A stretch of 64,000 bases of DNA from Polyangiales bacterium (GCA_038230375.1 JBBRNJ010000003.1:96001-160000), one strand, 5' to 3'. Positions 1 through 9,976 are shown, counted from the stretch's first letter. The notes: generated by a model not told the origin, from the sequence alone. Translations and numbers: made by a program.

Positions 1-1
1 G

Positions 2-835
2 CTGCGCGATCAGGTGTTCGTGCTCTCGGGTGCAGGCGCCGGCGGCATTGGCGTGGCGTGGGCCATCGTGAAGGGGCTGCAGCGCGACGGGCTCTCGGAG
101 GCGGAGGCGCACGCACGCGTCCTGGTGCTGGACTCCAAGGGTCTCCTCAGCGCGGACCGCGACATGGAGGCCTACAAGCGACCATACGCGCAGTCGCGCG
201 AGCGCCTGGCCGGGTGGAAGATCGCAGGGACGGTCCCCACGCTCCACGAGACACTGCGCGAGGCGAAGGCCACCGTGCTGATCGGTCTCTCCGGTCAGGG
301 CGGCTCCTTCGACGAGGCCGCCGTGAAGCAGCTCCTCTCGTTCACGTCGCGCCCGATCGTGATGCCGCTCTCGAACCCGACGACCGCATGCGAGGTCCAC
401 CCCGCCGAGGTCCTGCGCATCACCGACGGAAAGGCGCTCGTCGCTACCGGCAGCCCGTTTCCGGATGTTCTGTTGCCGAACGGCGCGACCGTGAGCGTCG
501 GACAAGGAAACAACGCGTTCATCTTTCCTGGGCTCGGGATGGGCGCCGTCCTGTGCGAGGCGAGCCGCATCACCGACGCGATGGTGCTCCAGGCATCGTA
601 CGCGCTGGCCGCCTACACCGAGCGCGAGCACGGCAAGGACGGCCGCATGTACCCGCACGTGACGGAGCTCCGGAAGGTCGCCTGCGAGGTCGCCGCGCAC
701 GTCATCCAGTGCGCCCATCGTGAAGGCGTGGCGCGCTCGTCGGCCACCAAGGCGCTGGACGCAACCGAGCTTTCGGCGTTCGTGGCGCGCGCCTCGTACG
801 AGCCGCGATACCTGCGTACGGTGCCTGATTTGTGA
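2..835 (+). CDS. maeA: NAD(P)-dependent malic enzyme, C-terminal part (5' truncated by the window edge)
   Basis: GAGAGGIG dinucleotide-binding loop, then LIGLSG, RPIVMPLSNPT, ATGSPF and QGNNAFIFPGLG motifs. The frame is open from base 2. Confidence 0.9.
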   Translation: MRDQVFVLSGAGAGGIGVAWAIVKGLQRDGLSEAEAHARVLVLDSKGLLSADRDMEAYKRPYAQSRERLAGWKIAGTVPTLHETLREAKATVLIGLSGQGGSFDEAAVKQLLSFTSRPIVMPLSNPTTACEVHPAEVLRITDGKALVATGSPFPDVLLPNGATVSVGQGNNAFIFPGLGMGAVLCEASRITDAMVLQASYALAAYTEREHGKDGRMYPHVTELRKVACEVAAHVIQCAHREGVARSSATKALDATELSAFVARASYEPRYLRTVPDL

Positions 836-936
836 GTTCGTCTGGCGTTCGCCCCAAATGCGTCCTAGAAGCCTGGGATCCAGTACTTGCCGACGGCGTG
901 CCCGAATTTCTGGCCCGCCGTCAAAGGGGACACGCC

Positions 937-1800
937 GTGAGCAACTCTCAACTGCACTCCATTCCTCTCTTCCACGACCTGGAAGACGCGCACCTCGAAG
1001 CCCTCGTGAAGGCGTTCGGGAAGAAGGTCGTCAAGAAGGGGGAGGTCCTCTTCAAGACGGGCGACACTCCGAACGAGTTCCTGGTCCTCGAGAAGGGCAC
1101 AGTGCAGATCTCCGAAGAGGGCGCGACCAAGTTCCTGCTCCGCGCCCCCGCGACCATCGGCGAGCTCGGGTCGGTCACCGGCATGCCGCGCAACACCACG
1201 GCCACGGCCCACTCCGAGGTGCACCTCCTCACCATCTCCACGCCGGAGCTCCAGAAGTTCTTCGCCAAGCACGGGGATGTCGCCATCCCGTTCTACAAGA
1301 ACCTCCTGGGCGCGGTGGGGGACAAGGTCCGCCGCGATCGCCGCCGCCTGGACGAGACGCGCGAGAACCTCATTCGCACGCAGAAGGCCATGAAGCAGCT
1401 TCGCGAGCTGGTCCTCCAGAGCCCCGAGACAGAGCTGTCAAAGCCCGTCTTCGAGGCGCTCGACGAGAACATCGAGAAGAACCGCCGCGTCCACTACCGC
1501 GTGTCGCCGACCACCACGTACCCCGCGGAGGTCCGCCTGGATGACGGCGCGAAGCTCGCCGTGCTCGAGGTGTCGGACGGCTACTTGAAGCTCGCTGGCA
1601 AGGCGGATCGCCTCACGAAGGATCGCTCGTACTGGGCGGGCGTGCTCGCGCTCCCCATGGGCGAGATCCTGGTCTCCGGTCGCATCGAGCGCGAGGCCAA
1701 GGACGGCGTCGTCGTGAAGCTCGACACGCTGGTGGACGAGCACAAGCAGAAGCTCGACGACTACACGACGCAGCTGCAGCTGCTCGACTACGTGGTCTGA
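937..1800 (+). CDS. Cyclic-nucleotide-binding domain protein with coiled coil and C-terminal PilZ-like domain
   Basis: cNMP motifs LFKTGD..G.V.I and IGELG...PRNTTATA. C-terminal RRVHYR (RxxxR) plus EVSDG. GTG at 937 follows an AAGGGGA RBS. Confidence 0.75.
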   Translation: MSNSQLHSIPLFHDLEDAHLEALVKAFGKKVVKKGEVLFKTGDTPNEFLVLEKGTVQISEEGATKFLLRAPATIGELGSVTGMPRNTTATAHSEVHLLTISTPELQKFFAKHGDVAIPFYKNLLGAVGDKVRRDRRRLDETRENLIRTQKAMKQLRELVLQSPETELSKPVFEALDENIEKNRRVHYRVSPTTTYPAEVRLDDGAKLAVLEVSDGYLKLAGKADRLTKDRSYWAGVLALPMGEILVSGRIEREAKDGVVVKLDTLVDEHKQKLDDYTTQLQLLDYVV

Positions 1801-1824
1801 TCCAGCATCGCCTCGAGTCAGGCG

Positions 1825-2604
1825 ATGTTCTACGTCCTCTCCAAGATCTTCGACGTCTTCTTGATGCCGCTCTCGTGGGCGGTCGTCCTGATCGCATACG
1901 GAGCTCCCCTGACGCGGCGCGCGCTGCGAAAGAGGCGCGTTCGTCCGCTTGCGTGCCTGCTCGGGCTCCTCATCCTGGTCGTGTTCTCGCTGGAGCCTAC
2001 CGCGAATGCGCTGTTCGGCGGGCTGGAGGCGAAGGCCGTCCGAACCATGGACCCCGCAAAGCACTACGACGCGGTGATCTTGCTCGGCGGGCTCGTCGAC
2101 GAGAAGGCCATGGAGAAGAGCGGCTCGCTCTCCATCAACGACAACAACGAGCGCCTGTTCGGCACGCTCGCGATCATGCGCGAGGGCAGGGCGGACTACG
2201 CGATCATCAGCGGCGCGCCCGTGGACCCGAAGACGCCGTACGCGGAGGCGCAGGTGCTCGCAGACCAGCTGGTCCTGCTCGGTGTGCCCAGGGACAAGGT
2301 GATCGTCGAGGACAAGGCGATGAACACGCGCGAGAACGCCACGTATTCGGCCGAGATCGCGAAGGCCCGCGGGTTCTCGAAGGTGCTCATCGTGACGTCT
2401 GCATTCCACATGCATCGCGCCCTTGCCTGCTACGAGAAGGCCGGAATGAAGGTGGATACGCTGCCCGTGGATTTCCGTACCTACAATCCGGACACGGCGT
2501 CTGGCTCCTGGCTCCCACGGGCCTCCCACCTGGAGCGCTCCACCGCGGCGATCCGCGAATGGTCGGGCTTCTACGTCTACCGTGCGCGCGGCTACGTCGA
2601 TTGA
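1825..2604 (+). CDS. YdcF/ElyC (DUF218) family membrane protein
   Basis: N-terminal TM helices; ILLGG, IISG, EA, NTRENA, LIVTSAFHMHRA and PVDF motifs. Confidence 0.9.
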   Translation: MFYVLSKIFDVFLMPLSWAVVLIAYGAPLTRRALRKRRVRPLACLLGLLILVVFSLEPTANALFGGLEAKAVRTMDPAKHYDAVILLGGLVDEKAMEKSGSLSINDNNERLFGTLAIMREGRADYAIISGAPVDPKTPYAEAQVLADQLVLLGVPRDKVIVEDKAMNTRENATYSAEIAKARGFSKVLIVTSAFHMHRALACYEKAGMKVDTLPVDFRTYNPDTASGSWLPRASHLERSTAAIREWSGFYVYRARGYVD

Positions 2605-2623
2605 TAGGATGTTCAGAGTCGAC

Positions 2624-3283
2624 ATGCTGAACATGCAGCTCTCTTCGCTCGCCGTATCCGCGCTGCTCCTGATCGCAGCGCTCCCCCGGGCGTGCGATCG
2701 CAAGATAGGCGAGGACGAGTACGGCAATCCTACGAAGCCCACCGCGGCACCGTTGCCGAACCTCACGCCTGCGCCGCCGATCTCCGGCACGCCGCTCTCC
2801 GCGTTCCTGCCCGACGGCGGCAGCGCTGGCGACATGCTCGTGCAGGCCAGGCAGTACGAGTCCCATGGGCAGTACTGGCTTGCGCGTCTGTCGATAGAGT
2901 CGCTGGCACTCGCGGACGACGGTACGCAGGAAGAGGTGCTCCTGCTTGCGCGCGTCTGCGACCAGCAAGAAGACGACGCGTGCCTCGAGCGCTGCAACCA
3001 GAAGCTGCCGAAGAACCTGCAGACGCCGATCAAGAAGCGCGACGGTGGTCGGAGCATCTCCATCGCGCCGCCCCGTCCGGACGACAACTCGGACTTCGCG
3101 CGCGCGCAGAAGCTCATTCTCGCGAACAAGCCGAAGGAGGCGCGTGCGATCCTGGAGCCCAAGGTCCTGGATGGGAAGTCCAGCCCGGAAGAGACCCGGC
3201 TGCTGCGCGAGGCATGCAAGGCCCAGGGCGACAAGATGTGCATCGCGGTGTGCAACGCGAAGCTCCCGGCAGGCCAGCGATGA
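2624..3283 (+). CDS. Hypothetical exported/lipoprotein with helical repeats
   Basis: Hydrophobic signal ending in RAC; two repeated helical L..C......C units. ATGA overlap with the next gene. Confidence 0.6.
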   Translation: MLNMQLSSLAVSALLLIAALPRACDRKIGEDEYGNPTKPTAAPLPNLTPAPPISGTPLSAFLPDGGSAGDMLVQARQYESHGQYWLARLSIESLALADDGTQEEVLLLARVCDQQEDDACLERCNQKLPKNLQTPIKKRDGGRSISIAPPRPDDNSDFARAQKLILANKPKEARAILEPKVLDGKSSPEETRLLREACKAQGDKMCIAVCNAKLPAGQR

Positions 3284-4251
3284 CCATCTCGCGCCGCAAC
3301 CTTCTTGTCGGGGCTGCGGTCGCGGGCGGCGGCGGCCTCCTGCTCTCGCGCGGTGGCGCAGGCACCAGCGCTGTCACCGGTGTCGCATCGCAGCCGCTCG
3401 TGCTCGCAAGCGGTCGCGACGTTCGCACCATCGTGAGCGCGGCACCAACGGTCGAGGGCGCGGGCGTTCATCTCAGTCGAGCGATCGGCGGTCGCGCACT
3501 GCCCCTGCTCGACCCGTTCCTCTTGCTCGACACGTGGAAGAGCGACGACCCCGACGACTACGCCGCGGGATTTCCGAGCCACCCGCATCGGGGCTTCGAG
3601 ACCGTCACGTACATGATCGACGGCACCATGGAGCATCGCGACAGCAAGGGAAATCAGGGCCGCCTTGGGCCGCTGTCCGCGCAGTGGATGACCGCAGGTC
3701 ATGGCATCGTGCACTCGGAGATGCCAAAGCAGGAGCGCGGGCTCATGTGGGGCTTCCAGCTGTGGGTGAACCTCCCGCAGCGCTCGAAGATGGTGAAGCC
3801 GCGCTACCAGGACATCGCCGCAGCGCGAATCCCGGAGGTCGTCCGTGATCGCGCCCGCGTGCGCGTGGTCGCGGGCCACGCATTCGACGTGGACGGTCCC
3901 GTCAGCGGCATCGAGGTCGCGCCCACCTTCCTGGATCTCACGCTCGAGCACGGCGCGGACGTGACCCATCCCGTGCCGAGCGGCCACACAGCGTTCGTCT
4001 TCGTCACGGACGGCGCCGCGCGCATCGGCGAAGCGAACCGCGAGGTTCGTCAGGGTCAGCTTGCGGTCCTTGGCGACGGTGACGCCATCCGCATACGCTG
4101 CGACGCCACGAGCGCCCGCCTGGTGCTCATCGCCGGTCGCCCCGTGAACGAGCCCGTCGCCCGCGGTGGCCCCTTCGTGATGAACACGGACGACGAGATC
4201 AAGAAGGCGTGGGCCGACTACAAAGCCGGAACGCTGACCGACGAGAGCTAG
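3280..4251 (+). CDS. Pirin family protein with Tat-like signal peptide
   Basis: DPFLLLD, HPHRGFETVTY, WMTAGHGIVHSE, QLWVNLP and GPFVMN motifs. N-terminus SRRNLL followed by a hydrophobic stretch. Confidence 0.9.
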   Translation: MTISRRNLLVGAAVAGGGGLLLSRGGAGTSAVTGVASQPLVLASGRDVRTIVSAAPTVEGAGVHLSRAIGGRALPLLDPFLLLDTWKSDDPDDYAAGFPSHPHRGFETVTYMIDGTMEHRDSKGNQGRLGPLSAQWMTAGHGIVHSEMPKQERGLMWGFQLWVNLPQRSKMVKPRYQDIAAARIPEVVRDRARVRVVAGHAFDVDGPVSGIEVAPTFLDLTLEHGADVTHPVPSGHTAFVFVTDGAARIGEANREVRQGQLAVLGDGDAIRIRCDATSARLVLIAGRPVNEPVARGGPFVMNTDDEIKKAWADYKAGTLTDES

Positions 4252-4278
4252 CTCGCCTGGTTCAGGCGGATGATCCGC

Positions 4279-5061
4279 TCACTGCTCGAAGCAATAGAGC
4301 CGAAGGTCGTAGTCGCACGTTCTCTGTCCCCACTGGGACCACTGCGTGTTGCCCTGGTAGCTACCCACGTTGGCGCTCGTGGTGACAGCCGAAGACGTCC
4401 AGTCATTGCATCGGTCAGCGACCTTGATGCCCATCGTGTCCGCTCCCGTCCACACCCATTGCTGGTTGTAGAAGGAGTCGTCCGTTCCGCGCTCGTCGCA
4501 GTTGATCGAGCCAAGCGATGCCGTCTGCAGCTGCGCGCGGTTCTTGAATGCGACGAACGTTCCAAACGAGCAGACGTTCACCCAGGGGCCGTTGCCGGGG
4601 ACACGATCGATCGCGTCGGTCGAGCTGTCCGAGAGGTACGCGACCCACGTGCCGCCGACGCTCGACGCTTGCGCCAGGAGGTTGCAGATCTTGTCGGCCG
4701 CCGCGAGGCCGGTCGCGGCGTGGGCCGCAGACACCAGGTCTCCCTTGTACCACTGCGACGTGATGAACACGCGCTTTGCCCCGCCTGCGTCGTGGCCGCT
4801 GCCGGCGTCCGCCAAGGTGCCAGTGCCGGCGTCGTGTGCGGGCTTGCCGCCGTCCACCGGGTTCGCTGACTCTCCTGCGTCGATCGCGCCAGCACTACCA
4901 GCAGCGCCGCCATCAGCATGTGCGGCGTTCGTGCCGCTCGGATCGGTGCCCGCTCCGCTGCCCTGCGCGATATCGGTGGCCCCGCCGCCGGAGCAGGCGC
5001 TCACCATGCAAGCCTGGAGGAAGAGCACCGGGATGAGTGAGCGTGAAATGAAGGGCGTCAT
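4279..5061 (-). CDS. DUF1554-like Cys-containing lipoprotein
   Basis: Lipobox-like SAC, G/A/D-rich linker, and KRVFIT..ADKIC..W.AYLS..WTG..C.DW..LYCFEQ pattern. Confidence 0.7.
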   Translation of the reverse strand: MTPFISRSLIPVLFLQACMVSACSGGGATDIAQGSGAGTDPSGTNAAHADGGAAGSAGAIDAGESANPVDGGKPAHDAGTGTLADAGSGHDAGGAKRVFITSQWYKGDLVSAAHAATGLAAADKICNLLAQASSVGGTWVAYLSDSSTDAIDRVPGNGPWVNVCSFGTFVAFKNRAQLQTASLGSINCDERGTDDSFYNQQWVWTGADTMGIKVADRCNDWTSSAVTTSANVGSYQGNTQWSQWGQRTCDYDLRLYCFEQ

Positions 5062-5099
5062 GGGGGTCTCGCTCTACCCCCCGGGCTCGCGCACGCAAC

Positions 5100-5127
5100 G
5101 GACGCCAGGCGCCAAAACCGGGACGCC
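5100..5127 (-). promoter_or_regulatory. Putative AraC-family tandem binding site
   Basis: Direct repeat GGACGCC at 5100-5106 and 5121-5127 (21-bp period), lying between the AraC gene and the downstream lipoprotein. Confidence 0.35.
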
Positions 5128-5143
5128 GAGCGCCACCCCTTGT

Positions 5144-6214
5144 CTAGGGTCCGCCCCGATCGCGCCGCCACGCCACGGGCGCCACGCCCGTCCAGCGTCC
5201 AAACGCGCGTGCGAATGCGCGACCGTCTGCATAGCCGAGCAGCGCCGCGATCTCGGAGACTGTCAGCCCGCGCTCCGTGAGGTGCCTCTCCGCAAGCGAC
5301 CGTCGGACCGCGTCGACCATCTCTGCGAAGGAACGCCCGTGCTCCCCGAGCCTCCGCTGCATCGTGCGCGGGCTGATCGCCAGCTCCTTGGCCACGCCCG
5401 CGAGCGGCGGGGCGCCGCCCGGAAGGCTTCGCGCGATCGCGGCCTCGACGCCGGTCACGAATGGATCTCCCCCTGGGGCAGTCGGCGGAAGGAGCGACTC
5501 TGCGTAGGCCACGAGAGCGCTGTGGGTTGGTGCATCGGCCGAGACGACCTTCATGCGCGCCACGTCGAGCGGCAGTGAGAAGCCGTTCTCCTCCGCGCCG
5601 AACCTGATGTCCGCTGCAGCGAACCGTCGGCGCACCGAGCTGTCGTCCGCGGGCGCAGCGTGCAAGAACCACAGCGCTCGCGGGGTGAGCTCCTTGCCCA
5701 CGAGCTCCCCGACGAAGCGGAGCAAGCGCGCGACCACGAACTCGTTGCTGTGGCGACCGATGAAAGGCCTCGCAGCGGAGGGCACGCGGTACGCGCACCT
5801 GACCTCGTCCGGGGCGTGCGTCCACGCGATGCGCTGATGTGGTGGGATGAGCCGCGAGTAGCGATCGGTGCGCTTCATCGCTTCGTCGACCGTGCTTGCG
5901 AAGCGCGCGGCGAGCTCACCGACGCCCCACAGGCCGCGTGGTGCGTGCGCCGCCACGCCGATCGCGATGTGCGGCTCGTCGAGCAGTAGCGACAGCTCCT
6001 CGGCCACCAGATCCACCTGTCCCAGGCGCGCCGTGACCGCGGCCGCCGTGACGAACGGAATGGAGTGCCGCTCCGCGAGCGCCCTTGCGTCCACTCCGCG
6101 GCTCTGCGCGTACGACAGCAGCAGCGGAAGGAAGAGGCTGGCAAATGAGCCCTGTGGGTCGCTCGTGGGCGGCGCCGCTGCGACCACCTCGTCACTTCGG
6201 GTGCTCGAGGCCAT
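5144..6214 (-). CDS. AraC family transcriptional regulator (ligand-binding domain + HTH)
   Basis: C-terminal LAISPRTMQRRL...SEIAALLGYAD..AFARAFGRWTG..P double HTH. Confidence 0.92.
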   Translation of the reverse strand: MASSTRSDEVVAAAPPTSDPQGSFASLFLPLLLSYAQSRGVDARALAERHSIPFVTAAAVTARLGQVDLVAEELSLLLDEPHIAIGVAAHAPRGLWGVGELAARFASTVDEAMKRTDRYSRLIPPHQRIAWTHAPDEVRCAYRVPSAARPFIGRHSNEFVVARLLRFVGELVGKELTPRALWFLHAAPADDSSVRRRFAAADIRFGAEENGFSLPLDVARMKVVSADAPTHSALVAYAESLLPPTAPGGDPFVTGVEAAIARSLPGGAPPLAGVAKELAISPRTMQRRLGEHGRSFAEMVDAVRRSLAERHLTERGLTVSEIAALLGYADGRAFARAFGRWTGVAPVAWRRDRGGP

Positions 6215-6273
6215 CGCCGACCAACGTACCACCGCCGCAACCAGATCGCGCCTGCGGCATCCAAGGTTCTCCT

Positions 6274-7521
6274 GTGGGTAAAGACATCGCGACAGCGCCC
6301 GTGAAAGAGACCTTCACGCGCTACCAGGTCTTCGTCGTCGCGCTTCTGGCGTTTCTGCAGTTCACCGTGGTTCTCGACTTCATGATCCTGGCGCCGCTGG
6401 GAGCCGTACTCATGGGTGAGCTGTCGATCACGCCGGCGCAGTTCGGGGCGGTCGTGTCGGCATATGCATTCAGCGCGGGCGCCTCGGGCCTTCTGGCCGC
6501 GGGCTTTGCTGACCGCTTTGACCGTCGTCGTTTCCTCCTCTTCTTCTATGTCGGCTTCGTTGCTGGCACATTCTTCTGCGGCATCGCGCCCACCTATTCG
6601 CTGCTGCTCGTCGCGCGGATCGTCACCGGCGTCTTCGGTGGGGTGATCGGCTCGATCAGCTTCGCGATCGTCGCTGATCTGTTCCCCCTCTCGATGCGCG
6701 GTCGCGTCGCGGGGCTGGTGCAGGCGTCGTTTGCGGGCGCGCAGGTCCTTGGCCTCCCGATCGGGCTCTACCTTGCGACCCGCTGGGGCTGGCATGCGCC
6801 GTTCATGATGATCGTGGGCGTCGCGACCGCCGCCGGCATTGCGATCGTCGTGGTGCTGAAGCCGATCACCGGACACCTTGAAGCGGCGAAGGCCACGGGG
6901 CGAAACCCCGTTCAGCACCTCGTGAAGACCGCGACGCGCCCGCGCTACATCGCGGGCTTCGCGGCGACCATGCTGCTTTCGACTGGCGGCTTCATGCTCA
7001 TGCCGTTCGGCAGCACGTTCGTCGTGCAAAATCTCGGCGTCCCCATCTCGAAGCTGCCAATGCTCTACGTGATCACGGGCGCCTTCTCGATGGTGACGGG
7101 CCCGCTGATAGGGCGGCTCTCGGACTCGCTCGGCAAGTACCGCACCTTCGTCGCCGGGACGATCGTCAGCGTGACGATGATGATCTGGTACACACGGCTC
7201 GTCTCGGCCTCGTTCGCCTGGATCGTCTTCCTCAACGTGCTGCTCTTCATCGGCATCTCTGGTCGCATGGTCTCGTCCTTCGCCCTGAGCAGCGCGCTAC
7301 CCGACCCGCCCGATCGTGGCGCGTACATGGCGATCAACTCGTCGCTTCAGCAACTCTCGGGCGGCGTCGCCGCATGGATCGCCGGGCTCATCATCTTCCA
7401 GGCGAACCCTACGTCGAAGCTGGTGGGCTATCCGACGCTCGGCCTGGTCGCCGCCAGTGCGAGCGCGGTCACGGTTGTCCTCATGTACAACGTGCACCGC
7501 CTTGTCACGAAGCGCAGCTGA
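6274..7521 (+). CDS. MFS transporter
   Basis: About 12 TM segments; motif A GFADRFDRRR and GRLSDSLGKYR. Confidence 0.92.
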   Translation: MGKDIATAPVKETFTRYQVFVVALLAFLQFTVVLDFMILAPLGAVLMGELSITPAQFGAVVSAYAFSAGASGLLAAGFADRFDRRRFLLFFYVGFVAGTFFCGIAPTYSLLLVARIVTGVFGGVIGSISFAIVADLFPLSMRGRVAGLVQASFAGAQVLGLPIGLYLATRWGWHAPFMMIVGVATAAGIAIVVVLKPITGHLEAAKATGRNPVQHLVKTATRPRYIAGFAATMLLSTGGFMLMPFGSTFVVQNLGVPISKLPMLYVITGAFSMVTGPLIGRLSDSLGKYRTFVAGTIVSVTMMIWYTRLVSASFAWIVFLNVLLFIGISGRMVSSFALSSALPDPPDRGAYMAINSSLQQLSGGVAAWIAGLIIFQANPTSKLVGYPTLGLVAASASAVTVVLMYNVHRLVTKRS

Positions 7522-7583
7522 CCCAGCTGTGTCGCGGACAGCCCCGCTTCCGTCAGTCGAGGCGCGCGTCCATAGCAAGGCGT

Positions 7584-8627
7584 ATGCTGCTGGCTGCTTT
7601 GGCGCCCCCGCGATTCACCGTGACCCTCTTGCTCGTCGCTGCTGCGATCGCAGCATGCGCTCCGAGCCCGCCGTCTGCGCCACCAAGGCCGCTGTCATCC
7701 GGTGCTGGCGTGCCGGCCGTGTCCATCGTGTCCACGTTCGATCTTCCGGCGGCCGACGCGCGCGGGCGTGAGCTCTCGGGCATTGTTTGGGATGACCAGG
7801 CTCACGTGCTGTTCGCCGTATCCGATTCGTTTCCACGCATCGTTCCGCTGCGCCCGACCCCGGGCTTCGACGCCTGGGCGTTCGGCGAGCCACTCCCCGT
7901 GAGCATCGGCGCTTCGTGGGACGGAGAGGGCATCGCCCTCGCGCCAACAGCGTTCTTCCTTGCGAACGAGCGCGGGCCGCATATCTACGAGCTTGATCGC
8001 GCAGGCTTGCTCCGCCGCGAGCTGCCGCTTTCGTCCGGCTTCGGAGACTGCATTCCGAACAAGTGTATCGAGTCGCTCGCGCTCTCGCCCGACGGACGAT
8101 TCCTCTTCTATGCGAACGAAAGCGCGCTTTCGAACGATGGTCCCCAGCCCACCGCCGCCACGGGCACAACGGTGCGGCTGGTCCGCCACGATCTTGCGAG
8201 CGGGCACGACACGGTGTGGGCGTACGAGACCGAGCCTATCTTCTCCAGTGCAGGCGGCGGCGACATGGGCGTGAGCGAGATCGCGGCGCTGTCTTGCACG
8301 TCGCTCCTGGTGCTGGAGCGCTCGTATGTCCCAGGCCACGGCGCATCCGCGCGCATCTTCAAGGTGACGCTCCGCGACGACGACGCGCAGGGAGCACGAG
8401 CCTTTGCATCATGCACCTCCGTGAAGAAGGTGCTCCTCGCCGAGGTCGGGATGCTGCTGCGCGTGGCCCCGCACGGAGATCCCCCGCCCCAGCCCAACTA
8501 CGAGGGGATGGCGCTCGGGCCTTCGGTCGGCACGGGCCGCCTCTTGTTCCTGATCAGCGACGACAACGCGAACCCGGACCTACCCGCGCGCATCCTGACG
8601 CTGAGGCTGGGCGCCGACCCGCCGTGA
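7584..8627 (+). CDS. Esterase-like activity of phytase family lipoprotein (beta-propeller)
   Basis: Lipobox AAC; ELSGI..AVSD, D.EGI, IESLAL, LLVLERS, NYEGMALGP and LISDDN motifs. Confidence 0.8.
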   Translation: MLLAALAPPRFTVTLLLVAAAIAACAPSPPSAPPRPLSSGAGVPAVSIVSTFDLPAADARGRELSGIVWDDQAHVLFAVSDSFPRIVPLRPTPGFDAWAFGEPLPVSIGASWDGEGIALAPTAFFLANERGPHIYELDRAGLLRRELPLSSGFGDCIPNKCIESLALSPDGRFLFYANESALSNDGPQPTAATGTTVRLVRHDLASGHDTVWAYETEPIFSSAGGGDMGVSEIAALSCTSLLVLERSYVPGHGASARIFKVTLRDDDAQGARAFASCTSVKKVLLAEVGMLLRVAPHGDPPPQPNYEGMALGPSVGTGRLLFLISDDNANPDLPARILTLRLGADPP

Positions 8628-8644
8628 GGCTCCGTCCGCTCCCG

Positions 8645-9976
8645 CTACCCTCTCTCCATCGCGAACGCCGACCTGAGATCCGTCAGTCTCTGCGACAGCG
8701 CCTCGTTGTCTGGCTCTTCTTTCAGTGCGATCTCCATCTCGTACCGTGCGTCCGCCTCACGCCCATCCATCAGCAGCGCCTTCACGTACGTTACTTGCGT
8801 CGCCGTCGTGCTGCCCGCATACGCACGCAGACGCTCTGCCGCGTACACGCCCAGCTTGGTGTCGCCGGACGCGGCGGACGCATCCAGCAGCATGTCCACG
8901 TACTCCGGTGAGTCGGGGCTCAGGTTCACGGCGAGCCGCCACGCATACGCCGAAGACTCTTGCGTTGCGTCGCGCGCGAGCGCGAGCATCGCGTGCGCAG
9001 TGGCCTCCGTTGGGTCGAGCTTGATCGCGAGCTCCGCCATCGCCTTTGCGTCGTCGTAGCTCTTCGTCAGGAGCGCAATGCGCGACAGCCCGATGCACGG
9101 TCGCGGATCTTCCGGCGCCAGCGCGCGCGCGTCGAACAGGTTCTTGCAAGCACCGTCGCCATCGCCCATGTTGATGCAGGTCTCTGCGGCCCCCAGCAGC
9201 GCCTCGAGCACCACGTACGGGTTCTCGCTCTGCTTGGCCGCTTCATAGAGCGGGAGCGCCGACTTCGGCTGTTGTGAACGCGTGGCGGCGACGAGCGACG
9301 CTACCGCAGGATCGTCCACGTACTCCGCCGTGCACGCCAGAAATGTCCCCGTGGAGTGCCACGTGACGACCCGATATCCGGTGGCCGCAAGGAGCGACGC
9401 AAGGCCACGCTGCGAGAACGCTCGGCGAACCGGCGCCCGCAGGCATTGCTCCGGTTGCGCGGCCTGCTCGGCCACGAAGATCACGCTGCCCGCATGGAGC
9501 CGCTCGTGCACCGCAGCGAGCGCATCGAACGGCGCAACCATCTGCCCCAGCACGTCCACGAAGACAGCTGCGTCGAGCGCAAGCGCGGGCAGCCCGCGTC
9601 CCGCGTCCGCGTTCGATAGCTGCGCGCTGCCCGCGAAATGGCGCGCGAACGCCACCGCCTCCGCGCTTTCGTCCAGGCCCACCACCTTGCGACCGCGCTG
9701 CGTCAGGAGGCGCGTTCCAAGGCCTGCGCCGCAGCCCACGTCCAGCACGCACCCGTTCTCCGGCAGCTCTTCGCCGGCCAGCTTGTAGAAGGGCAGCGTT
9801 GGCGGCGCCTCACTCGGCAGGCCCGGATAAGCGCGCACGCGACCCGCGCGCACCCGCACGGTCTCTCCGTTTTCGAACGTCGCCTTTCGGTCTGGCGCCG
9901 TGGAGGTGCGCGCGTAGGTGACGCGAATCTGAACGTCCTCGTAGGGCCCGCTTTCCGTCGCTTCAGCGCTTTGCAT
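8645..9976 (-). CDS. Class I SAM-dependent methyltransferase fused to TPR repeats; last gene of the flagellin cluster
   Basis: VLDVGCGAGLG SAM motif; C-terminal Ala-rich TPR-like helices ending in LAPED, LDPT and LSPD. Start overlaps the fliS stop. Confidence 0.8.
   Translation of the reverse strand: MQSAEATESGPYEDVQIRVTYARTSTAPDRKATFENGETVRVRAGRVRAYPGLPSEAPPTLPFYKLAGEELPENGCVLDVGCGAGLGTRLLTQRGRKVVGLDESAEAVAFARHFAGSAQLSNADAGRGLPALALDAAVFVDVLGQMVAPFDALAAVHERLHAGSVIFVAEQAAQPEQCLRAPVRRAFSQRGLASLLAATGYRVVTWHSTGTFLACTAEYVDDPAVASLVAATRSQQPKSALPLYEAAKQSENPYVVLEALLGAAETCINMGDGDGACKNLFDARALAPEDPRPCIGLSRIALLTKSYDDAKAMAELAIKLDPTEATAHAMLALARDATQESSAYAWRLAVNLSPDSPEYVDMLLDASAASGDTKLGVYAAERLRAYAGSTTATQVTYVKALLMDGREADARYEMEIALKEEPDNEALSQRLTDLRSAFAMERG

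Noticed and set aside
1438..3987. 849-aa minus-strand ORF, and similar long ORFs 17004..19001, 42503..44572, 60239..62701, 31362..32948 and 26157..27677
   Set aside because: Antisense or off-frame shadows of well-supported genes, typical of high-GC DNA. They are Arg/Ala-rich with no recognisable motifs.
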